A stretch of DNA of 64,000 nucleotides from NCBI GenBank assembly GCA_951406725.2, contig OX597829.1, positions 49,352,001 through 49,416,000 on the forward strand, written 5' to 3'. The notes beneath the pieces are model-generated. The model had not been told where the DNA came from, did no database searches, and was given only the letters and a program-made list of their open reading frames with translations. This stretch comes from Octopus vulgaris. Lineage: Eukaryota. Shown in pieces: positions 54,066 to 64,000 of the stretch. A program made the translations under genes and the position numbers. Numbering within the stretch: position 1 is the stretch's first letter; each line of letters opens with the position of its first letter.

Positions 54066-54479
54066 ATTTCTTTCAAGCTTCTTCCAACCCTTTTTTGATT
54101 TTTTTTTCTTTCTTTTAGCTTTCATCTGGTCCTAACAAAAGGGAATGCATCGATGGCATTTGCAATTCTTCAGATGCTGTGAGATCAATGCAGTTATTAA
54201 TGTTTCTTTTGAAGAGTTATAAGTCAATGGTTGCAAGTAAAAAAATGTACAGCTGCAAGGTTCTTGGTGGATGATGATGGGGAGAGGTGGGTGGGCATGG
54301 AAGGATTTAGTGTAAAGTAAGAAATTCAATCTTGGAGAATGGGAACAAAATCTGGTTGATGAGAGGAGGAGAGGGATGAATAATAGGTGAGTGGGAGTGA
54401 TACAGTCGTATACAAGACATAAGACAAGCAAATTCTGCAGGTCAGAGGTTACTGAAGGAGTGTTGAAAGAGGCGGAGGG

Positions 54480-54890
54480 CAAAAAGGGAGAGAGAGGGAG
54501 AAGACAGATAGATAAAAGGATAGAGTCAGAGAGGGACTTAGTGAGAGGTGAGAAAAAGAGGTGGGAGGGAGAGGGACAGAGAGAGAGGGACAGAGAGAGA
54601 GGGACAGAGAGAGAGGGACAGAGAGAGAGAGACAGAGAGAAAGAGAGGGAGGGACATGGCGGGAAATAGAGAGACAGGGAAGGAGATAGAGGGATGGAAG
54701 GAGGGAAGGAGACCAGGGACAGAGAGGTCGGAGAGAGGGACATTGAGAAAGGGAGGGAGAAGGAAAAAGAGAGAGAAAGACAGTAAGAAAGGGAGGAGGA
54801 GAAAGGAAGAGAGAGAGAGAGGGGAAGAGAGAGATAGCAATGGAGAAAGAAAGAGAGAACAATAGAGAGAAGGGTGAAAAAGGGAGGATA
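54480..54890. repeat. GA-rich low-complexity tract
   Basis: Directly visible. Confidence 0.85.
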
Positions 54891-56199
54891 CAACACAGGA
54901 ATGGGTCGGAGAGGCTTTTATTGGTTTCTGAGACTAGCAGCAGCACCAATTCCAAATGTAGAAACAGTAACTCCAGTGCATGTCTCACATGAGCTTTGCT
55001 GAACATTAGTGGATTGTTTTAGCAAGGTTTGGCCTAGTAAAAGATGATGCCTTGTTCTTGTAGCAACACTGAGGATTCTAGCTGCGTGTGGTTCATGTTT
55101 CAAAGGAGTTCCTGGGCAATAACAATTTCTCAATATGTGAGGCTTTCTAAATCCTTGCTGTACTCTATGGTGTGAAATGACAATCGGTTCCATTCTGATA
55201 CTTTCAGTTTCAAGTTCCAGAACAGAATGAACCCCCATCAGAATCAAATTCTTTGTTAAACACTTCTGAACTGAACAGTTGTTTAGAACTAAGTCAGTCC
55301 TGGTCAAGCTGACCTGTGATCAAAGATGTTCCAGATGTGGCCACTCCATCTAGTATACACACAAGAGTTGATTGCTCAGTGTGTTCTTCTTTTTGGGTAA
55401 CTTTTTGTCATCATCACCAGCAGCATCATCATCAAACATCCACTTCCATGCCAACATGGAAGTGGATGTTGGATACTACCAATATTGTCCAAAGGCGAGG
55501 CCGAAAAGCCCGATTCAGCTTGGCACCAGTGATCTCAGAACTCATTTCTACAGCTGAAAAGTGTCTATAAGTGTCTGTACACTTATACAACCTCCCTTTC
55601 ATTGTGAGGGAGAGACCCTTTGTTGTTACCTCCAACGGTAGTACCTCTCTGAACTTTGCCCAGACAGTTCTTATTCATGAAACTACACTTTCAGAGCAAC
55701 CTAATTGCTGCTAATTTGGCTAAGGATTCCCCCCGCTGGACATTTGAGGAAATCTATTTACTGTACATTGTTTAGTGTTTGTTGTACCTGCATGAGTGGT
55801 ATCCCTGATTCACTTAAAGTAACGAAACTGATGTGAAGCATATCCTAAGCAATGTATTCAAAAGGAAAGTTTGTATTGTAGTATTTCAGAGTATGATAGA
55901 TGAATATTGTATGTTAAGTGGATAATTACATGATGGTCATTAAGAACTAGTGCTGAATAATTGATAAATGATAGTCTGCACAAATGTGTTTGTGTGTATG
56001 TGTGCATGTATATGTGTGTGTGCATACAAGTGTGTTACTAATGTGTGTGTGTGTGTATGTATGTGCCTGCATGAAGTGTTGGATGTGTGTATGAATATAC
56101 ATATCAGCATGTGTATTACTAACATGTGGGTTTGTACATGTGTGGATGTGTATCATTATTATCATCATCACCATTTTAACTATATTTCATGTAGGAATA

Positions 56200-56278
<79 letters not shown>

Positions 56279-57084
56279 ATGTGTACATGCATATACATAC
56301 ATATATATTATACACACACACATACACTTCAATAATTCCAGTTTAGAAGCAGGGAGATATTTACTGACACACCCGACACTTTTCTTACTAGACAGCTGGT
56401 CACTATAATGAATTAGGGGTGTAAAACTTGTTTCATACCAATCAGGAAAACTGAGATAGAAATTTTACAAAGTAAAGAATAATGATAAGAGCTAGTATGT
56501 ATGTGAAAAATACTGGAACTTTGTCCTCTAAAGCTAAAGTGCAGAAGCGAAAAAGTAAAGAGAAATGACCAATATAGAATGGACACCAGCATTTAAGAAC
56601 AACTTAAAGTACTGTAACCTCAGTAATGCACAGAAACTTCAAATTATATAACACGTATTCCAATCCTAACAAAAAAGATAATAAAAAGACCAGAACTTAT
56701 CTCAACTTGCTAACACTTACTCAAATTTCTGCTGGTGTGCAATAAAATTCAAGCATTCTGATTATTCTGTCAAATGTAATGCTTATCTATTTACATTGTT
56801 TTGAACTATTCATGAATTATCTCATAGCTTTGTGATTTCAATGGTGTAATTTAGTTTTAGAATGACATTGTAGGGTAGGTATGAGAGGCCAGATATGGCC
56901 AGTTGGAACATAAAGCAGGTAAAATATCTGGGCCATAGCGAGTTTAAAGGCTAATGTAGAATGTGGCTGATGGTTGAAATGCTAATGAGTTAAAAGCAGT
57001 GCTTGATTAATTAGCAATTAAACACACATCAGGCACAACTGGTATAAAGAATTTGTGCAAGATAGATGAATGGTAGTTTTTAAA

Positions 57085-57119
<35 letters not shown>

Positions 57120-57257
57120 TATGCGTGTATATGAGAAAGAGAGAGAGAGAGGGAAGAGTCAAACAGATAAAATAAGCTGATGATTCTGTAATCACACTAA
57201 CATATATACACATGTAGAGATACACATGTATAAACATACATGCATATATATACAGAT

Positions 57258-57528
57258 GGGGCTGCGTGTTGTGTTCTTGAGCAAGGCACTTTATTTCACG
57301 TTGCTCCAGTTCACTCAGCTGTAGAAATGAGTTGCGACGTCACAGGTGCCAAGCTGTATCGGCCCTTGCCCTTCCCTTGGACAACATCGGTGACGTGGAG
57401 AGGGGAGGCCGGTATGCATGGGCGACTGCTGGTCTTCCATAAAACAACCTTGCCCAGACTTGTGCCTCAGAGGGTATCTCTCTAGGTGCAAACCCATGGT
57501 CAGTGCCTGACCGAAGGGTGTCTTTACC

Positions 57529-57530
<2 letters not shown>
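57258..57530 (+). mobile_element. SINE family E (head missing)
   Basis: Family E body and tail. Confidence 0.82.
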
Positions 57531-57609
<79 letters not shown>

Positions 57610-57799
57610 TAGACAGAAACCTAGATCTGATATATATATATATATATATATGCACACACAGATGGATACATACATGAACATACATAAATACATACACACA
57701 TATTTATATATGTATATACATCATGTAAAAACATGCATCAGATAGATCTACATAAATGCATAAAAACACATTTACATAGATATTTATACATACATGCCA

Positions 57800-58632
57800 C
57801 AAATTCCATCACACTCTAGGGGAAGAAACTAGAAGTAGTTGATAGCTTCTGCTACCTAGGTGACCAAGTTATTAGTGGGAGGTGGATGCTCTGAGAGTGT
57901 CACCACTAGAATAAGAATAGCTAGGGCAAAGTTCAGAAAGCTTCTACCCCTACTGATGACAAAGGGTCTCTCGCTCAGAGTGAAAGGTAGATTGTACGAC
58001 GCATGTGTGTGAACTGCCATGCTTCATGGTAGTGAAACATGAGCCGTGACTGCGGAAGACATGCGTAGGCTCAAAAGAAATGATCGCTGGATGTGTAATG
58101 TCAGTGTCCAAGCATGACAGACTGCAAGCGCCCTGAGAGAAATGTTGGACATAAGAAGCATCAGATGCGGCGTGCAAGAGAGATGTTTGCGTTGGTATGG
58201 TCATGTATTACGGAATGATGAGGAGAGATGTGTGATGAAGTGCCACTCACAAACAGTTGAAGGAATCCGGGGAAGAAGTAGACTCAGGAAGACATGGGAT
58301 GAGATGGTCAAACATGACCTTCAAACGTTGGGCCTCACAGAGGCAATGACAAAAGATGAGACCTCTGCAGATATGCTGTGATTGAGAAGACCCAGCAAAT
58401 AAAGTGAGTTCACAGCTGTATCCTATACCAGTTTCGCATAACCAGCCCCAGCCCACATAAAAGGAACCCACTATACTCATGGAGTGGTTGGCATTAGGAA
58501 GGGCATCTAGCTGTAGAAACATTGCCAGATCAGATTGGAGCCTGGTGCAGCCACCTGGCTTCCCAGACCCAACTCAAACCATCTAACTCATGCTAGCATG
58601 GAAAACGGACGTTAAACAATGATGATGATGAT
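57800..58632 (+). mobile_element. RTE LINE 3' portion: disrupted ORF2 end, 3' UTR and (GAT)n tail
   Basis: EKLEVVDSFCYLGD...RIRIA.AKFRKLLPLL...KGRLYDACV.TAMLHGSET...LRWYGHVLR...RKTWDEMV, with stops and frameshifts. Confidence 0.9.
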
Positions 58633-58662
58633 TTAGGGACATTTTTATTTTTGTATCATTCA

Positions 58663-59070
58663 TAGGCGCAGGAGTGGCTGTGTGGTAAGTAGCTTGCTAA
58701 CCAACCACATGGTTCCAGGTTCAGTCCCAATTCGTGGCATCTTGGGCAAGTGTCTTCTGCTATAGCCCCGGGCCGACCAATGCCTTGTGAGTGGATTTGG
58801 TAGACGGAAACTGAAAGAAGCCTGTCTTATATATGTATGTGTGTGTGTTTGTGTGTCTGTGCTTGTCCCCCTAGCATTGCTTGACAACCAATGCTGGTGT
58901 GTTTATGTCCCCGTTACTTAGCGGTTCGGCAAAAGAGACCGATAGAATAAGTACTGGGCTTACAAAAGAATAAGTCCCGGGGTCAATTTGATCGACTAAA
59001 GGCGGTGCACCAGCATGGCCGCAGTCAAATGACTGAAACAAGTAAAAAGAGTAAAAAAGAGAGTAAAGAG
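58663..59070 (+). mobile_element. SINE family A, full length
   Basis: Family A sequence. Confidence 0.92.
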
Positions 59071-59219
59071 TGTAGATACAACTCTGATATCAGTCATAAT
59101 TATTAATCATTTATCAAATTTACTCATTAGTCCTTCATGTTTAGCTTTAAACAATAACATTCCTAAATCCATTATCATTTCAAGAGCCATGCATATTTGA
59201 GTCTGTATGTCTTTATGTA

Positions 59220-59532
59220 TATGTCTCTCAAAGACTTCTCCATCAGCACAGAGACTTGGGAGACACTTGCTGCCGACCGCTCATCCTGGCGCAGCGCAAT
59301 CACCACAGGAGTAGGGATAGCCGAGGAGGGACGGATTCGGTCAGCAGAGCAGAAACGCCAGATGCGGAAAGCCAGAGCCGCCTGCACCAGTAGCACGGCC
59401 CCTACCCACTTCTGCCCCACCTGTGGGAGGGGCTTCCTTGCCCGGATTGGCCTCACCAGCCACCTCCGGTCTCATAGCGGCAGTTCCACCAGATGATGTC
59501 AGTGGTCATCTTCGAACCCGAAGGATGAACAT
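59220..59532 (+). mobile_element. RTE (BovB-like) LINE 3' end with C2H2 zinc finger
   Basis: SLKDFSISTETWETLAADRSSWRSAI...CPTCGRGFLARIGLTSHLRSH. Confidence 0.85.
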
Positions 59533-59546
59533 TATATGCATACATA

Positions 59547-59763
59547 TGAGGGGGTGCCGAAAAGTTCCTGGCTTTGAGTAAATAAGATAGAAGAGGATAA
59601 GTTAATTATGATTTTATTCAACATATTCCCCTCTCAGCTTCACACAGCTATTGCAGCGATCCTTCAGTTTTTTGAAACCCTGTAAAAGAACATGGAATTT
59701 GGAGGCCTCCAGCCAGGCCTTTCGCAATAACTTTAAAACCAGGAATTTTTCAGCACCCCCTTG
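59547..59763 (-). mobile_element. Mariner-derived MITE retaining the transposase C-terminus
   Basis: TA-flanked TIRs gagggggtgccgaaaagttcctgg / ccaggaatttttcagcaccccctt; GFKKLKDRCNSCVKLRGEYVE* resembles the mariner C-terminal motif. Confidence 0.85.
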
Positions 59764-59888
59764 TATGTATGCATATATGTATATATGCATGTACGTGCAT
59801 ATAGACATGTGTGTGTGTGCATGTATATGTTTGTGTGTAGTCTTTTGTATATATATATGTATATGTATGTGTGTATATATGTATATAT

Positions 59889-60005
59889 ATATTGAGGGCA
59901 AAATAAGGAAATGGAGAATAAATGTGTGTAATTACTGATTACTGCAAATAAATCAGTAATTATATCCATTTATTCTCCAATTTCTTCTTATTTTTCCCTC
60001 AATAT
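59889..60005. repeat. Imperfect hairpin, ~52-bp arms
   Basis: atattgaggg...aattactgatt / aatcagtaatt...ccctcaatat. Confidence 0.8.
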
Positions 60006-60215
60006 TAAAAAATTGAATAACCCTAAACATATACAAATGACTTTACCATTATACAATACAGATTAAAGCAGTGGAATCCCTTGGACTATATCATCCCTAA
60101 TGAGGACTTAACTTCCTCAAATTAACTGTGTATATATATATAAATGTGACCGCGTGTGTACCGTTGGCGATTTTTTTCCTCCGTCTTCCCTTCTCTGGAT
60201 CTTTCCTTCTCCTAT

Positions 60216-60250
60216 GTTTCCGACGAAGAGCTCTGCTCAAAACGTTAAAC
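60216..60250 (+). ncRNA. Minimal hammerhead-like motif (variant/decayed) within a small element (~60143-60348)
   Basis: gttt-CCGACGA-a-gagc(tct)gctc-AAAA-cgTT-aaac; G12 lost at a CpG. Confidence 0.52.
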
Positions 60251-60347
60251 CCTCCTTCTTTCCTTCTTCCCTGAGCGTCCAATAATACTATATTTGTTCC
60301 ACGTCCTCGCATTGTTGTGTTTTTTGTGCTTTCTTGTTTGGATTAAC

Positions 60348-60379
<32 letters not shown>

Positions 60380-60386
60380 TAGTTAT

Positions 60387-60435
<49 letters not shown>

Positions 60436-61046
60436 TAGTTATACACACACACATATATATATATATACACACGCATTGACGTATGTGTAAAATTATGTAT
60501 CTATGATGAGAGAAAGAATATATGGCAAAACAAGTTTGTTGCTATGTGTGTTTATAACACTGCACATAGATATTTCAAGTACAAAGCGAAATAGATGCGG
60601 TATTGATTTTAGTAGCTATATTACAAATGTGTCACCAGAACTTCACAAGTACTTTGACATCCAAGACGCTTAGCTATCTTTCAGTAGGTCACAGTCACAA
60701 TTCTGGTTCTCGTTAGTTTCATTGTCAGTTAATTTGAAGTTCTGACAACAGAAATGGACACCAGTTCAGAGGAATTTCATTTCGTATTATTCCTGTCTTT
60801 TATTCATATGTTGTAGAGGTAGCTGGGTGAAAGAGGAACCAGAGTAAACACACGGAGAAACAATAAAGAATTTTTTTTTTTTTTTTCATTACACTACATC
60901 TCAATTTGGTTTCAGAAAACCAAATTGAGATGTAGCATTTCTAATACCTAACTTGGTCTTTGAGACAGTACATCTCAATTAAGTAACTGTTTGTAATAGA
61001 ATCTAAGGAAAACTTGACTGTAAAATCTATTTAACCTTGTTTATAT

Positions 61047-61094
<48 letters not shown>

Positions 61095-61095
<1 letters not shown>

Positions 61096-61335
61096 GAGGC
61101 ACGTGGCTTAGTGGTTAGGATGTCAGCATCATGATCGTAAGATTGTGGATTCAATTCCTGGACCGGGCGATGCATTGTGTTCTTGAGCAAAACACTTCAT
61201 TCCACGTTGCTCCAGTCCACTCAGCTGGCAAAAATGAGTAACGCTGCGATGAACTGGTGTCCCATCCAGCTGGGGAACACATACGCCATTGAAACCGGGA
61301 AACCGGGCCCATGAACCTGGCTAGGCTTTAAAAGG
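61095..61335 (+). mobile_element. tRNA-derived SINE (family E-related)
   Basis: Head ggaggcacgtggcttagtggttagg...gattcaattcc, then ttgtgttcttgagcaaaacac. Confidence 0.78.
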
Positions 61336-61347
61336 GAACAGTTAGTA

Positions 61348-61425
<78 letters not shown>

Positions 61426-62426
61426 TAGATAGATATCATCATTAGCATCGTTTAATGTGCACCTTCCATGCTGGAATGGGCTGCATGGTTTGACAGGAGC
61501 CAGCCAGGCAGGAGCCTGCGCCAGACTTCTATGTCTGTTTTGGCAGTGTTTTTATGGCTGGATGCCCTTCCTAACACCAACCACCATATATACAAAGAGA
61601 GAGAGAGAGAAAGTCAAGAGGTCAGGTATTAGCTTCCTTCATAGCTACATAGTTAGCTCTAGCTCCAGGTTGACGGCACATAACCTACATTCACTTATTC
61701 ACTTTTTCTGATGTAGTGTAACTAGGACTACATTAATCAATGTATCTTTCCTCACATCAGACAACAGTAAGATACGAATTTGATTCAGAAAGAGGCCTAT
61801 GTTTGTGAGGGTCAGTTGAGGTTGGGGTATTGGGAATGTGGCCTGGTTGTCAAGGGGGCAGCAGCCTGAAAAAGTTTGGGAACCGCTGATTTAGATCACT
61901 TTAAAACTGGAGGTTTATATCATAGGACCAGGAGCAGTCTTGGGTGGGTTGATATGTAAAAAGATTAAAACAATAGCAGGAAGTGATTTGGTCACTGTTC
62001 TTAAGAGGTCAAGCAGCAAGCTGGCAGAATCATTAGCACACCGGGTGAAATGCTGCTAAGCATTTAATCTGTCTTTATGTTCTGAGTTCAAATTCCACTG
62101 AGGTCCACTTTGCCTTTTATCCTTTTGGTGGGTCTATGAAATAAGTCCCAGTTGAACACTGGGACCAATGTAATCAACTTACCATCCACCCCTGAAATTG
62201 CTGGCCTTGTGCTAAAGTTTGAAACCATTATTGATAAATACCCACAGAGAGACACTTGCTTGACATGTTGACTGTCACAAGTGCCACCAGTGGTTCATTT
62301 CAAGCTTCACACAACTGCCACATTGCACCACTGGTGGTACATTTTCAGAAGTTGAAAACATATTCTATTCTGTATCTTTGACATGGTTTTGAGGATATTT
62401 AAATAACATGAGTACTAAATAAATGG

Positions 62427-62760
62427 TAAAGACTCCCTTTGGTCATGAATGACCATGGGATTGCACCAAGAAAGTTACCCTTTGAGGTACAAGTCTGGGC
62501 AAGGTTGTTTATGGAAGACCATCAGTTGCCCATGCATACCAGCTTCCCCTCTCTATGTCACCAATGTCATTCAAGGGAAAGGAAAAGGATGATTCGGCTT
62601 GGCACCAGTAACGTTGCAATTCATTTCAACAGGTGAGTGAACTGGAGCAATGTGAAACAAAGTGTCTTGCTCAAGAACACAACACACAGCCTCATGCAAG
62701 AATCAAACTCACTACCTCATGACTGTGAGCCTGATGTTCTTACCGCTGAGCCATTTGCCT
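62427..62760 (-). mobile_element. SINE family E
   Basis: Family E sequence; inverted relative to 63722. Confidence 0.82.
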
Positions 62761-62916
62761 TCACATGGTATTAAAGATTAATTATGAAACATTGTAAGAA
62801 TGCAAAGAAATTCCATTTCCTTGTAATCAAACCGTATGTAGTGTGACCAGAAATACATGGCATCACTGGTAAGTTCCAGTAACAGACTATAGTGGTCAAT
62901 GTGTTAAACCTTAAGT

Positions 62917-63299
62917 GGAGGCACAATGGCCCAGTGGTTAGGGCAGCGGACTCGCGGTCATAGGATCGCGGTTTCGATTCCCAGACCGGGCGTTGTGAGT
63001 GTTTATTGAGCGAAAACACCTAAAAGCTCCACGAGGCTTCGGCAGGGATGGTGGTGATCCCTGCTGTACTCTTTCACCACAACTTTCTCTCACTCTTACT
63101 TCCTGTTTCTGTTGTACCTGTATTTCAAAGGGCCGGCCTTGTCACTCTCTGTGTCACGCTGAATATCCCCCGAGAACTACGTTAAGGGTGCACGTGTCTC
63201 TGGAGTGCTCAGCCACTTACACGTTAATTTCACGAGCAGGCTGTTCCGTTGATTCGGATCAACCGGAACCCTCGTCGTCGTAACCGACGGAGTGCTTCC
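62917..63299 (+). mobile_element. SINE family C, full length, young, with 11-bp TSD
   Basis: A box tggcccagtgg, B box ggtttcgattccc; TSD aaaccttaagt at 62906-62916 and 63300-63310; CpGs retained. Confidence 0.92.
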
Positions 63300-63721
63300 A
63301 AACCTTAAGTAGGAAAATTTAATCAACCATCTGTATGGTTGATTAAATTTGCTTCTTGGCTTAACCCCCTGCCCTCAGTCCTTGAGTATTTTCGGCAGTA
63401 TCACTCTAGGCCCCTGCTTTACTCCCTTTCTTTTTCCCCCACCATCTCGGAGACTCTAAAAAAAATATCACAAGCACTGACCCTTTCTCTTGCCACTGGG
63501 CCATGAATATAACAACAAATAATGAATGCAACAAGAAAGAGGAGACACTTATATCCACATATGTTTCTTGATATGCTTGTTTTGAGTCACATTTTATTCA
63601 CCACCTCTACATGGTTTCCTGATCTGTTAGAAAGAGCAACCGAATCTCCTACAAATCTCACCTTACTATTTATAAAAAGAAGGGCTTATCAGATTAGGTG
63701 GTCCTAATGTACTGTGTGTGA

Positions 63722-64000
63722 AGGAACATGGCTCAGTGGTTAGAGCATCAGGATCACAATCACGAGGTAGTGAGTTTGAATCCTGGACCGAGCTGTGTGT
63801 TGTGTTCTTGAACAAGACACTTTGTTTCACGTTGCTCCAGTTCACTCTGTTGTAGAAATGAATTGTAACATCACTGGTGCCAAGCTGTATCAGCCCCTTT
63901 GCCTTTCCCTTGGATAACATCAGTGGTGTGAAGAGAAGAGGCCAGTATGCATGGGTGACTGCTGGTCTTCCATAAACAACTTTGCCTCAGAGGGGAACTC
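63722..64000 (+). mobile_element. SINE family E, truncated by the window edge
   Basis: Head tggctcagtggttagagcatc and family E body. Confidence 0.85.

Noticed and set aside
54130-54470. Possible old LINE 3' end on the minus strand
   Set aside because: Only a faint resemblance; cannot assign without a search.
54918-55307. 129-aa non-repetitive minus-strand ORF as a candidate first PC2 exon
   Set aside because: No signal peptide, no PC2 prodomain similarity and no suitable donor site; product unrecognised.
60094-60128. ctaatgaggacttaacttcctcaaa as a hammerhead relic
   Set aside because: Both core boxes are mutated; too degenerate to call.
61853-61890. hAT-like terminal sequence (aaaagtttgggaaccgctg)
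   Set aside because: No matching opposite end or TSD found.
62917-62992. tRNA gene-like sequence
   Set aside because: It is the head of a SINE with a body, a tail and a TSD.

Overview
AT-rich, microsatellite-dense eukaryotic genomic DNA. The SINE/LINE repertoire and style suggest an octopus (coleoid cephalopod); this is an inference. The only host coding sequence I can support is two phase-0 minus-strand exons (38446-38550 and 14578-14769) of a prohormone convertase 2 (PCSK2/PC2) gene. They encode the propeptide, the RQKR maturation site and the start of the catalytic domain, so essentially the whole window is intronic. The introns are packed with at least four tRNA-derived SINE families, 5'-truncated RTE and CR1-like LINE ends, piggyBac-like and Tc1/mariner-like MITEs (often nested), foldback elements and simple repeats. 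Most supplied ORFs are microsatellite artefacts. The most unusual signal is a set of nine minimal hammerhead-ribozyme-shaped motifs of the Penelope-like-element type at seven loci. One inverted pair carries a compensatory G3:C8 core (GUGAACA instead of CUGANGA). Repeat boundaries are approximate, and all alignments and folds were done by eye.
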